Assembly: GCA_963696605.1 (NCBI GenBank)
Contig: CAVOKV010000006.1
Span: 86,786-150,785, forward strand
Length of the DNA: 64,000 bases
From: an uncultured Acidobacteriota bacterium
GTDB taxonomy: Bacteria; Acidobacteriota; Terriglobia; Acidiferrales; UBA7541
Reading direction: 5' to 3'
Shown here: positions 19,022-28,615 of the stretch, piece after piece
Numbering within the stretch: the first letter of the stretch is position 1
How the letters are laid out: every line of letters begins with the position of its first letter
Notes under the pieces: model-generated
What the model saw: the letters and a program-made list of their open reading frames with translations, nothing else
The model's database searches: none
Told to the model about the DNA's origin: nothing
Program-made: the position numbers and the translations under genes

Positions 19022-19113
19022 GACGTTCGTTTTAGAAATGCAAAATCTTCGCTGTGCTCCCGGCATTCCCGCCCCGGTGGCAACCACTCGGGACTGTAAG
19101 TCCGGAGGATTCC

Positions 19114-20469
19114 CTAATTTTGGTGGCCCCGGATGGCAATCATCGAGTAATTCCCACCGTTGAAAAATACGAGTCCCCGGATGAGCACGGTGGCGCCTGC
19201 GGTCGGGGCGACTTTTAGCGTCACGCCGTCCGGAACGGTCACCGCTACCGATGTCACGCCACTCAAGGTTGCGAACACCGAGGTGGGATTAAGGTTGAGG
19301 GTGAAGCTGTAAGGCGTCGGCGCAGGCATGGCGGCAACTGTGCCTACCAGTGCTTGCTCGCGCAGCTTCACGCTGGTTGCAAGTGTCGGGAATCCGGCTG
19401 TGTCGCTGTCAGCTTCTACTCTTTGGCCTTTGCCAACGTGGCTGGCATCAAATGCGGGCGCAGACATCAGGTTGAGCTTGTCCGTGCGCACGGCGAAGAC
19501 TGTGCTGGAATTCACTGCAACACTCACTGCCATGGGCGGGGTTGCAGACTCGTGAGATTCTATCTGTTCGGCGATGGAAAGCGCTGTGGCCGGAGAACCG
19601 GTCACGGAAGTGATGATCCCTTCCACTTCTTCACCAGTTGATTCGCTGTCTTTCTCGACCTTGGAAGCGTATTTCGTCCCGTCCGGATTGGTCACGCCAT
19701 CCACTTCGACGACGTCTCCCACCTTTAGGTCCGAAAGCTGGGTAATCCCGTCTTTAAATCGGGTATTCATATCCGTGACGAATGTAAGCGAGGCCTGGTC
19801 TGTCTGGATCGTGAAATCCGGAGCGGTAATGTTTGTAACCGTGCCGTGAACGTCCTCGATCTCGCCGTCGTCGTCGTCCTGCATGGCCATCGGGACAGTG
19901 ACAAGAGAAGTGACGTTGAAAATTGGATTTACCGTGGCCGAAGTCACGGGCGTGCCGTTGAGCGTGACGGACGCGGCCAAATCCAGGTCAAAATTGATGG
20001 TGGCGATGCTGGTGTTCATGATGGTGACGGGGGGATTGAAGACTGCCGTTACCGTCGCGGTAGTGAGAGTGGCGGGCACCGAAACCGGGGCTCCGGCATT
20101 TATCACCACTACTTCGGGATTGGAAACCATGAATGTCGCTCCAGAGTAAGTCCCCGCGGGCAGATTGATCACCGCCAGCGGCTCAAAGGTTCCGGCCTCA
20201 TGCACGAACTCAACTTCCGCGGGCTTGGAAAGCAAGTTGCCGGTCGTGGCGGTCGGTGATACCCCCATCAAAGTGACGGAACTGACGGTAATTTCAAACT
20301 TGAGGATCTGGTCGTTGACCGCATCTCCGGTGTTCAGCATCGTGTTGGCCATCATGGGAGGCGGTGGGTTCGTGCCCATGGCAGCCCCATAATTGCCGCT
20401 GCTTCCATAGCCGCAGCCGGTGGCAACAAGTACGCACGTCAAAAAAAGGCAAATTCCGAGCTTCCCCAT
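19114..20469 (-). CDS. hypothetical lipoprotein (beta-rich, Thr/Val/Asn-rich)
   Basis: 451 aa from ATG 20469 (GAGGAGGAG SD). Lipobox LVATGC. Confidence 0.75.
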   Translation of the reverse strand: MGKLGICLFLTCVLVATGCGYGSSGNYGAAMGTNPPPPMMANTMLNTGDAVNDQILKFEITVSSVTLMGVSPTATTGNLLSKPAEVEFVHEAGTFEPLAVINLPAGTYSGATFMVSNPEVVVINAGAPVSVPATLTTATVTAVFNPPVTIMNTSIATINFDLDLAASVTLNGTPVTSATVNPIFNVTSLVTVPMAMQDDDDGEIEDVHGTVTNITAPDFTIQTDQASLTFVTDMNTRFKDGITQLSDLKVGDVVEVDGVTNPDGTKYASKVEKDSESTGEEVEGIITSVTGSPATALSIAEQIESHESATPPMAVSVAVNSSTVFAVRTDKLNLMSAPAFDASHVGKGQRVEADSDTAGFPTLATSVKLREQALVGTVAAMPAPTPYSFTLNLNPTSVFATLSGVTSVAVTVPDGVTLKVAPTAGATVLIRGLVFFNGGNYSMIAIRGHQN

Positions 20470-20780
20470 AAACTCCTCCTCGTACTTTTGACAGGGCATT
20501 GCGAATTCCGGAACGGTCGGGGCTGGGAGGCAACTCCGGCGCTGCCGTCAAATCTGCAAGTTATGATGGCAGAATGGCATGCCGCGTTTGTTCCCGCAGG
20601 GTATCGAAATTGTCAAAAGAATGTCAAAGGATTTGGGGCGAAGTAAGAGCCTTGGATGAAGTAAGACCTGATGTTCGTCAAACTTCCTGACGATGCGTGG
20701 AAACAAGCCCACTACCGCGAAAGTTATCGAACGCGGCGCAAGCGGCGAATATCATGAAATACGTTAGACGATGAGTCGGG

Positions 20781-22133
20781 TTAAGAGGTCGGCGTTTTCT
20801 TTGGGAACTCGGCAATCGATTCGCCGATGAATTCGAGATAGTTGCGGACATGACCTTCAAGCTTGTCCGTGAAATTGCCGGAAATCACGGCAGCTCTTTC
20901 TTCCAGGTTCTTTTTAGCATCGTCCCTGGCCGACGCGATCAGGGTCTGGATGCTATCCCGCGCGGCGCTCTCGAACGTTTGCGAAAGCTCCAGCAATTTT
21001 TCGTTGCACTCGGTCAGAACCGCGGCGGAGCTTTTGTCCAGCGCGTCGCGAGTCTGTATCAGCCTGGCGTTGACGCCGCTTTCGAGTTCGCTTGTGACCC
21101 GCGCGCAAATCGCCTGCGATTCTTCCTTGAAAACGGACTGAGAAGCCACCAGCTCCTGAAGATCCGCCTTTGCTTCTTTCAGCACGGGCGCGACCTGTTC
21201 TCGCAGCCGCGATACAAAGCGGGCCGCTGCATCGGTGCGCGAGGTTTCCAGGGCGCGCTGCAGTTGTTCAATCGTGCGAGTCGCCATGCCGTCGACGCGT
21301 TCGTTGAGTTCGTTCCCCTGGGTCAACATGCGTTGCCTGGCGTTTTCGATATCTTTCTCGATGGCCCCTATCAAGCGCTCGTGACTGGCTCGGACCGTGG
21401 CCTCTGTCGCCTCGTTCAAAACTTTCAGCGCCCGCCGGGCCAGCTCTTCCTGCGAGGTCTCGATCACGCGCTCAATCGTTCCGGCCGCTTCGTTCTGTAT
21501 CTGGGCGCGAAATTCGTCCAGCAGACGGCTCCTTTCCTTGGCGAGCGTCGCGGCCGCGATTTCGGTGACCGTGACTTGAACCTGATTGCTGATCCCGGCC
21601 ATGAGGTCGGAAAACCAAGGGGACGGCGAAGCGCCCGCTTCGCTTTTCTTCAAAAGGGTAGCTGGAGCGGTTCCTTCGCTCTGGGCCGGGACGGATTGCG
21701 GTTCGGTCTTCGTAACTATTCGTAGTTCTCTTCCCGGATTGGGGGGCGCTGCCTCTTTGCTCCCCCGCACGGAAAGCCAATCCTCCGGCGGCGACGCAAG
21801 GCCCCAAATATTGCCGGCGCTTTCAAATTCCACCGCGACGCCGTAGGCCGGATCCGAGTAGGTATGGAGTTTTTCGATCCATTTCACACGCGCTCGCGTG
21901 GGGAATTCAGAATGGCCGTTTCCGCTCTGCCTCATGTCCAGGACCAGCATGGCGCCCGGAAGAACCTCATGCCTCATTTGGCAGGAACAGCCGTGACAAC
22001 TAATGGTGAGCGTTGCAACTTCCTCCTGAAATGGTGCATGGGAGGCATCGACGCCCTGCACCGCCAGCGGTATGGCTTTTTCAATGCGCGAGCTGCGCCG
22101 TTTTTGTGCTGGTGCGACCTGATTGGTTGACAC
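20781..22133 (-). CDS. PilZ-domain protein with long C-terminal helical repeat region
   Basis: 450 aa. N-terminal RRSSRIEKAIPLAV...G PilZ-like RxxxR motif, followed by about 280 aa of Ala/Glu/Arg-rich helical repeats. GTG start after GGGAGGG. Confidence 0.75.
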   Translation of the reverse strand: MSTNQVAPAQKRRSSRIEKAIPLAVQGVDASHAPFQEEVATLTISCHGCSCQMRHEVLPGAMLVLDMRQSGNGHSEFPTRARVKWIEKLHTYSDPAYGVAVEFESAGNIWGLASPPEDWLSVRGSKEAAPPNPGRELRIVTKTEPQSVPAQSEGTAPATLLKKSEAGASPSPWFSDLMAGISNQVQVTVTEIAAATLAKERSRLLDEFRAQIQNEAAGTIERVIETSQEELARRALKVLNEATEATVRASHERLIGAIEKDIENARQRMLTQGNELNERVDGMATRTIEQLQRALETSRTDAAARFVSRLREQVAPVLKEAKADLQELVASQSVFKEESQAICARVTSELESGVNARLIQTRDALDKSSAAVLTECNEKLLELSQTFESAARDSIQTLIASARDDAKKNLEERAAVISGNFTDKLEGHVRNYLEFIGESIAEFPKKTPTS

Positions 22134-22502
22134 CGAACCCTCCCATTACGGCATGCACACCGGGCGCGGGCTGCCGCCGTGGCGACGAACCCGCCGGAAA
22201 TGCGCATAAAGGCCGTTGCAAGCTTGTCTTCAGATTCTCGAGAGCCACGGTTATCGTCTCTCAGCGTAGGCGGGGCTTCAACTGGCCGACTAGCCAGATG
22301 TCACTTGTACTTTCGCCTGTTCCTTTGTCCCTGTTTGGATGATTCACTCGCGGCTGGCGGTTTCGTGAGGAGTTTCCTTTTTGCTGGGTCGTAGTCCGAA
22401 GGACTTCCGATTCGATTGTCCTCAATCCTCCTAAGTATGCGCGGAAGTAGGCGCGTCAATGACAGGGCAGCCAGATGTTTGGGTATGTAGAGCTGAGTTT
22501 TC

Positions 22503-25500
22503 TTAGTTTAATTCCTCGACGGTTCGCGCGAGTTCACGGAATCGACACAGTGCGTTCGCGACCTGCATCTGACGAGGGCTGCGGCATTCGGGTTCAAACA
22601 GTCGTGGACTTGCCACTATAATTACATTCGACATGGCCCTGGACGTAGCGACGTTCAGCCGATTCAAACTGTAAAGAAACTCCATTCCGCGTGGAGCGTC
22701 CTCCTGCGAAGAAGTTGTCAATGAATAGATCACAACCGGTGCTTCCTGCCCTTGAAATTTGTCCACAGTCCCAATCCGCATCTTCGGCAGCCTTGTCGAC
22801 AAGTCCGCTACCTGCGCGTTATAGGGCGCCACAATTAAAATGTCTTTCTCCTGTAGCCTCCGGCTATTACCCGCTCCATAAAACCATTTCACATTAGGCT
22901 GCAGCAATCCGTCCACAATCCGCGCTACGACTTCCGCTTCCTCCGTTGACGAGTTTCGGTTCCCCTCATGCTCTACAGGAACAAACCACAGTCCCGCCCC
23001 ATTTAACCAAGCGTGCCCGTCCAAAACTCGGCTCCGGGCAATCGCATGCGAACTCAACTTGTCTTCATAAAAAACCGACGAAGTAAATTTGCATATCTCC
23101 GGATGCAATCTCCAACTCTCAGGCAATAAAAATCCCATGTCCTCAGGAATCGTCTTCCGTCCATCCAGAAGGTGCTCCAATGCCGATTTCTCGGCTCCAT
23201 CCGGATGGCTCCCCTTCAGTGGCCGTTCCAGCTGCTGCGGATCACCGAGTAGGACCAACTTATTTGCCGATTGAGAGACCGCAAGAACATCAGCCAGGGA
23301 CATCTGGCCCGCTTCGTCGATAAACAGAACGTCCACCGCTTCAAAAGCTGGCTCAGGAGACCACAACCATGCCGTTCCTCCAACAACATTGGCTTCGCCG
23401 GAGCGCAGAGCCTCTAGTGCTTCTTCGCTGCTCTTCGCCACGGCAACACCCTCGCTTTCAGCACCATCCGGCTCGCGGTGCATGCATCGCACTCCCGCCA
23501 CGTCCTTTTCCTGAGCCGCTTCGACCACTGCCTCCAACAAGTTGCGGATCACTTTGTGGCTCAGTGCCGTCACGCCAATCCTTTTTCCGCTTCTTACTAA
23601 TTCGCAAATCATCCTTGCACCCGTATGGGTCTTTCCCGAGCCAGGTGGACCTTGGATTGCAAACACTGAATCCTTCAGAGCCAGCACTATCCGGCTCGCG
23701 GTACTCTCGGGCGTCTCCGCAGCTTTTGGCTTGAGCGTCTCTCCATCGACCAGACGGGGCGAATTCCGCAGCAACAAATCTCGCCCCGCGCGATTGCGCC
23801 CCGGCGCGTCGAGTCCGTTTGCCACCACCCACATTCCCATCCGATAAAGAGAACCCGCCTGCGCATCTGTGTTCAGTGGAGCGTCCCACATGTAGACCGT
23901 AGGAGGATGTACGTCGGCGGTCTTCTTCGTCTTCTTGATGTCAGCGACGCCGTTCTCTCGGTCGATGGCTACAACTTCTCCCAATTTGTCATCTCCGAAA
24001 TACAAATCCTTGCCGACACGCACGTTGCTCTTTTGCGGTTCGAATAAGTAACGATCTGTTGGCACTTGCCGTCCAAGCTCGATTCTTTTCACAAAGCGCA
24101 TTTGTGTCAGACCCACTCGCTCATCAAGCAAACCTTCATCATCCATTTCCGCAAGGCGATTACCTTCTTGCCAAGCCCTCTTGTCCTCGCGACGGTGCCA
24201 ACTAACAAGCTGTGCCAACAGCCACTGACCGGATTGCTCCCTAGACCTCGACTTCGGATCAGCTGGAATTCCTTCACAGAGCCGTTGCGTCAACGCCATC
24301 GCTCGATCCAATTTTTCTTGCAGCTTCTCGGAAGGATCTCCACTTTTTTCTGGCGGCCTTGGAACAGCTTTTCCACCTTCCACCAGCTTCTGCCGTTCCT
24401 TCTCGAGCCAATTTCGCAACCCTACCGCAGAAAGGCAATCCTCGCAGTTATACCCTTCCATCACTCCGCGAACGGCGTCCGGCAACTCTTCGTCCCCCCA
24501 GCCCAACTCCAACCGGTGTTCCATGTACCGCATACTGGCCGGTGATTCATCCAACGGCGTTCCCCGGTCGAATCCGTAGAATCCTTCCAACTTCTTCAGG
24601 GAATATTCCTCAACACTGGCGCGCATGCCTTGCCTGAAGGCCTGATGTAAATCAACGAGCACACCCGCCCTTAGAAGGCGATCGACCTCGTCTTCCCGCG
24701 TCGCGTACATTCCCATCAATCGCTTGAGCGTCCCCGGCTCATACGATCCGAAGTGATACACATGCATTTGAGGACTCGCCTTTCGCCGCTTGGTGATCTC
24801 ATCCACTAGCCACTCGAAACTTCTCTTCTCGTCCTCGCGGCTCAGTGACCATCGCTTCTGGTAACTCATTTCGCCGTCCGCATTCTTTGCTGTAAACCCA
24901 AACAGATATTGCATCCCTGAATCGCCCACGAATGGGTCGCCTTCCAAATCGATAAATACGTCGTCCGCCGATGGCTCAGGTAATCTGCAAAGACCCATTT
25001 CGTTCGCTATTGGCAAGAGAGGCTCATGCAATAGCTTTTTCTCTGTGCGTCCCTGTACCTGCACACGCGCTTGTTCCCGTGCCCGCTCATATCCACCTTT
25101 GGACCCATGTAGCGGCCTCTGCTCAATTGGAATTGGCAGAATCGCCAGCTCCTCCATGGTTTTGGTATGCCAGCTGTTGAATTGATTCCGTTGGAGCCGT
25201 GTGATTCCAGCGACCAGCGATAGGTCATCGTCGGCACGTCGCTTTGCATCACATTCGCGAAACCAGAGACACACATCGCAATGGCTGCATGGTTCTGGAT
25301 ACGTATTTTCAAACTGCTCGTGATCGCACAAATTTTCGAGCCGAGCCTTCACATATCGGTAGTAGGCAGAATATTCCGCACAGCGGTATGCCTCTGCTTC
25401 GAAATTCCGGCCGGGAGGAATCACGTACATAAACTCCGGCGATTCAGCCTGGATCTGCGTGAGTAGGTCCGAATAAAGAGCAAGCTGCAGGATCGTTGCC

Positions 25501-25925
25501 GCTTTCGTCTCGCGCGCCAGTTTGCAGTCATAGACTTGGTATGACCATGGTCCGAAGCGGCTCGGCTTCGTCACTTTTGCCATGACATCGGGCCGTCCGA
25601 ACCAACGTCCAACCCCTATACTTCCCTGCGCGATGATTTCCACACCGCGTTCCATACACGACAAAGTTTCGGCAAGCGCTCGCTGCTCGTCTGTTATTTC
25701 CCGTAAATCCACTAGTGACAGGCCCTTGTCTTGGAGAGATCTTAGGTAGGCAGCCTCATGTTGCATGCCCAATTCTTGAATCACGATTGCGTCGGGAGCC
25801 CTCCACTCTGGGGCATTTCGCCGGCCGCGTGCGACACCTAGACTCAGCGTGGTGAGATGACGGCAAGCCGAATGGTTGCCGAGGTCGGTTGCCGCCAAAC
25901 GAATTTGGTTGGAGATAAGCTTCAC
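22503..25925 (-). CDS. RecB-like (PD-(D/E)xK, Fe-S cluster) nuclease fused to an SF1 Upf1/DNA2-like helicase
   Basis: 1140 aa. Nuclease motifs: D112, D133-C-K135, Q147xxxY151. Cys21 plus C216-x2-C219-x5-C225 (Cas4/AddB-type cluster). FIDLEGDPF exonuclease-like block (TM0106-type architecture). Helicase motifs: Walker A GPPGSGKT (aa 759-766), FIDEAGQ (868-874), GDPQQL, TVDKFQGQE, NVATSRA. Clearly lower GC than its flanks. Confidence 0.9.
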   Translation of the reverse strand: MKLISNQIRLAATDLGNHSACRHLTTLSLGVARGRRNAPEWRAPDAIVIQELGMQHEAAYLRSLQDKGLSLVDLREITDEQRALAETLSCMERGVEIIAQGSIGVGRWFGRPDVMAKVTKPSRFGPWSYQVYDCKLARETKAATILQLALYSDLLTQIQAESPEFMYVIPPGRNFEAEAYRCAEYSAYYRYVKARLENLCDHEQFENTYPEPCSHCDVCLWFRECDAKRRADDDLSLVAGITRLQRNQFNSWHTKTMEELAILPIPIEQRPLHGSKGGYERAREQARVQVQGRTEKKLLHEPLLPIANEMGLCRLPEPSADDVFIDLEGDPFVGDSGMQYLFGFTAKNADGEMSYQKRWSLSREDEKRSFEWLVDEITKRRKASPQMHVYHFGSYEPGTLKRLMGMYATREDEVDRLLRAGVLVDLHQAFRQGMRASVEEYSLKKLEGFYGFDRGTPLDESPASMRYMEHRLELGWGDEELPDAVRGVMEGYNCEDCLSAVGLRNWLEKERQKLVEGGKAVPRPPEKSGDPSEKLQEKLDRAMALTQRLCEGIPADPKSRSREQSGQWLLAQLVSWHRREDKRAWQEGNRLAEMDDEGLLDERVGLTQMRFVKRIELGRQVPTDRYLFEPQKSNVRVGKDLYFGDDKLGEVVAIDRENGVADIKKTKKTADVHPPTVYMWDAPLNTDAQAGSLYRMGMWVVANGLDAPGRNRAGRDLLLRNSPRLVDGETLKPKAAETPESTASRIVLALKDSVFAIQGPPGSGKTHTGARMICELVRSGKRIGVTALSHKVIRNLLEAVVEAAQEKDVAGVRCMHREPDGAESEGVAVAKSSEEALEALRSGEANVVGGTAWLWSPEPAFEAVDVLFIDEAGQMSLADVLAVSQSANKLVLLGDPQQLERPLKGSHPDGAEKSALEHLLDGRKTIPEDMGFLLPESWRLHPEICKFTSSVFYEDKLSSHAIARSRVLDGHAWLNGAGLWFVPVEHEGNRNSSTEEAEVVARIVDGLLQPNVKWFYGAGNSRRLQEKDILIVAPYNAQVADLSTRLPKMRIGTVDKFQGQEAPVVIYSLTTSSQEDAPRGMEFLYSLNRLNVATSRAMSNVIIVASPRLFEPECRSPRQMQVANALCRFRELARTVEELN

Positions 25926-26143
25926 AGGAAATAACTCGTTATCTTATTTAATGGACTGATAATACCTCGTGCCTGGGAAGGGCGGTAAGCGATTTGTTTT
26001 CACTCCGCACCAACAAGTAGACGCTATTCCGATCGAGAAGCCGCGGCCAATATTTCGAACTGTAAGAAGACCCTCCCCTTCGTTGACGCGAAGAACTAAA
26101 CTGTGGTACGACGCAATGCAACTAAATTTTGTGGAGGAACGGG

Positions 26144-27082
26144 ATGAGCAGGGTTCGTGTGTGGGTTGTGGCCATGTTGCTGGCGGTGCTGGCGGTGTTG
26201 GGTTTGCCGAGGGTGGCTGCGGCGCAGGAGGCGAAGCAGGCGGATTTGGAGAAGACGCTTTGGGATGTGGATCAGCAGTGGCTGTGCGACGGTCCTTATC
26301 AGAAGCCGTACGCGGAGTGCGTGAAGTTCCGGAGCCAGTATTGGGTGGACGGATTTTTCGAGGTGCAGTCCGGAGGGACGCTGCGCAACAAGGAGGAGAT
26401 GGTGGCCACGCAGTCGGCGGCGAATCCCGTGACCGGCGTGCGGCCCTTCCCTGCCGATTTCCGGTTGATGGCGGTTTACGGAGACGTGGCGCTCGGAACG
26501 GATCACACCGATTTCAAGACCGCGCGGCCGGATGGAACGATTCCCTTCACTTCGGACAGCCATTGCCTGCGCGTGTTCGTGCGGCAGAACGGCGTGTGGC
26601 GGCCGGCCGCGGCGGGACTTGTGCCGGTGATTCCGCCGACCGAAGCGAATTACAAGACCTCCGGCGCGAAGAGCACCAAGAGTCCCGACGAAAAGCTGGA
26701 AAAGGAACTCGCGGAGATGGATCAGAAGTGGATGGAGGCGGTGCGCTCCGGGAAGACCGACTATTTGAAAGACTTTTATGCCGACAAGTGGTTTGAGATT
26801 CTGGGGTGGCTGCCCACGGTGGTCCTGACCAAGCCCATGGCGATGGAACGCGTCGCGCACCTCAATTTCAAGCCGGGCGAAGGGATTTTCGTGGACGAGT
26901 TTAAGTTGATGGCGGTGTATGGGGACGTGGCGCTGGCGACCGACCGCAGGATCAGGAAGATTGCGGACGAAAGCGGAAACATCGTGAGCACGCCGCATCG
27001 CGCTGTCCTGGTGTTCGTGAAGGAAGGCGGGAAGTGGAAGATTGCGGCGGACGCGGCCGTGCCGACGATGGCTACGGAGTAG
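26144..27082 (+). CDS. exported protein with two SnoaL/NTF2-like (DUF4440-type) domains
   Basis: 312 aa from ATG 26144 (GGAGGA SD). Signal peptide ...PRVAAAQE. Internal duplication (FRLMAVYGDVALGTD / FKLMAVYGDVALATD). Confidence 0.8.
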   Translation: MSRVRVWVVAMLLAVLAVLGLPRVAAAQEAKQADLEKTLWDVDQQWLCDGPYQKPYAECVKFRSQYWVDGFFEVQSGGTLRNKEEMVATQSAANPVTGVRPFPADFRLMAVYGDVALGTDHTDFKTARPDGTIPFTSDSHCLRVFVRQNGVWRPAAAGLVPVIPPTEANYKTSGAKSTKSPDEKLEKELAEMDQKWMEAVRSGKTDYLKDFYADKWFEILGWLPTVVLTKPMAMERVAHLNFKPGEGIFVDEFKLMAVYGDVALATDRRIRKIADESGNIVSTPHRAVLVFVKEGGKWKIAADAAVPTMATE

Positions 27083-27115
27083 GGTTTCCGTTTTACTGAA
27101 GCACGCTCTTCGATT

Positions 27116-27225
27116 GTCATTCCGAGGCCGCGGCGGCCGACGAATCTCTCTGTGTTTGAGATCCAAAAGAAAGAGAGATTCTTCGCTTCGCTCAGAATGA
27201 CAAAATAGACCACTTTTTCCACAAG
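27116..27225. repeat. family-2 inverted-repeat element (GTCATTC...GAATCTCTC arms)
   Basis: Left arm GTCATTCCGAGGCCGCGGCGGCCGACGAATCTCTC (27116-27150). Right arm GAGAGATTCTTCGCTTCGCTCAGAATGAC (27173-27201), plus a tail ...CACTTTTTCCACAAGC homologous to the end of the copy at 62756-62893. Confidence 0.8.
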
Positions 27226-27261
27226 CTTTGAGTCTTTCCAACCTAAACGCAGGAGGCCACG

Positions 27262-28521
27262 ATGAGCAGAACGCATTGGCTGCGATGGGGATTTACGGCG
27301 CTGGGAATACTATTACCCGCCGTCGCTGCGATTCCCTCCCACGCTCAAGCGCCGACGGACGATTCGGTGGTGTTCATTCACGCAAACGTGATCGACGGGA
27401 TTTCCAATGCGCCCACGATGGACGCCACCGTCGTGGTGGTGAACGGGCGCATCCAGAGTATCGGGCGCGGGGCGGCGCCCGCGGGGCGGGGCGCGGTGGT
27501 CGATCTTACGGGGCACTGGCTGCTTCCCGGGTTCGTGGACGCGCATGTGCACGTGGGCAACCTGGCGGATGCCAAGAGGGCGCTGCGGTCGGGGGCGACG
27601 ACGATTGGCGAGGCCGGTGTCAATCACTTCGCGGACATCGGGATGCGCGAGCTGAATCATAAGGGCGTGGTGGATGTGCCGGATGTGGTCGCGGCCGGGT
27701 ATCACATTCGGACGCATCCGGCGGACGACTATTTCATCGATTTTCCGCAGGACGCCGACTTGATGGGCGGGGTGCATGGCACGGAAGCAGTGCGGCGGAT
27801 GGTGCGGCGAATGGCGAGCCGAGGCGTCGACCGGATCAAAGTGATGGCGACGGAGCGCGCGGGGACGCCGGACACCGATCCGCGCATCCGTATTTTCAAC
27901 GATGAGGAATTGGCCGCGATCGTGGACGAAGCGAACAAGACGGGATTGTGGGTGGTGGCGCACGCGCACGGTGATGAAGGCGCGGCGGCGGCGGTGCGCG
28001 CGGGCGTGCACTCCATCGAGCACGGGACGTACTTGAGCGATGAGACTCTGCGGCTGATGAAGGAAAAAGGCGTGTACCTCGATCCCACGATTACGGCGCT
28101 CGTGGATATGTCCGATCCCGAAGGCGAGTACGACAATCCCATCCTGCAGATGCGCGGGAAAGCCATGCTGCCCACGGGGCGCGAAATGGCGGCGCGGGCG
28201 TGGAAGATGGGAGTGAAGATCGTGGCGGGCACGGATACTTCCTATTTTGATAAGAACAATCGGACGCTGGCGGACGAAATGATCGAGCTGTCCGATGCGG
28301 GGATGGAACCGATGAACGCGATCAAGGCGGGGACGTCGGTGTCGGCGGAGGAATTGGGCGTCGACAAGCGCACTGGATCAATTCGCGTAGGGTACGAGGC
28401 GGATTTTGTGGTGATCGACCGGAGCCCGCTCGAAAACATACGGCACATCGGCGACGTGGTGATGGTGGTGAATAACGGCAGGATCGCGCTGAACCGGTTG
28501 AATGTCGCGCCGCATCCGTAG
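27262..28521 (+). CDS. exported amidohydrolase-family metallo-hydrolase
   Basis: 419 aa. Signal peptide. PGFVDAHVHV metal-binding HxH, later AHAHG and IEHG, and a C-terminal ADFVVID motif typical of amidohydrolase_1/3 proteins. Confidence 0.88.
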   Translation: MSRTHWLRWGFTALGILLPAVAAIPSHAQAPTDDSVVFIHANVIDGISNAPTMDATVVVVNGRIQSIGRGAAPAGRGAVVDLTGHWLLPGFVDAHVHVGNLADAKRALRSGATTIGEAGVNHFADIGMRELNHKGVVDVPDVVAAGYHIRTHPADDYFIDFPQDADLMGGVHGTEAVRRMVRRMASRGVDRIKVMATERAGTPDTDPRIRIFNDEELAAIVDEANKTGLWVVAHAHGDEGAAAAVRAGVHSIEHGTYLSDETLRLMKEKGVYLDPTITALVDMSDPEGEYDNPILQMRGKAMLPTGREMAARAWKMGVKIVAGTDTSYFDKNNRTLADEMIELSDAGMEPMNAIKAGTSVSAEELGVDKRTGSIRVGYEADFVVIDRSPLENIRHIGDVVMVVNNGRIALNRLNVAPHP

Positions 28522-28615
28522 GTGGCGCGGGCTGTCATGAGGCGTAGTTGCTTGTGAGAAATTCGGATTCGATGTATGTTACGGGGCATTCCTGGACGCG
28601 AAACGGAAAAACCAA

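Noticed and set aside
20560-20600. TGGCAGAATGGCATGCC as a sigma-54-like element
   Set aside because: The GG to GC spacing is off by one. It also points toward the 3' end of a convergent gene, with no gene to drive.
26096-27241. 381-aa minus-strand ORF, plus 26776..27276 (166 aa)
   Set aside because: It is antisense to the well-formed exported NTF2-like gene. Its composition is Arg/His/Pro-rich and it has no domain logic. Its ends are simply translations of the family-2 repeat (HSERSEESL, VILSEAKNL).
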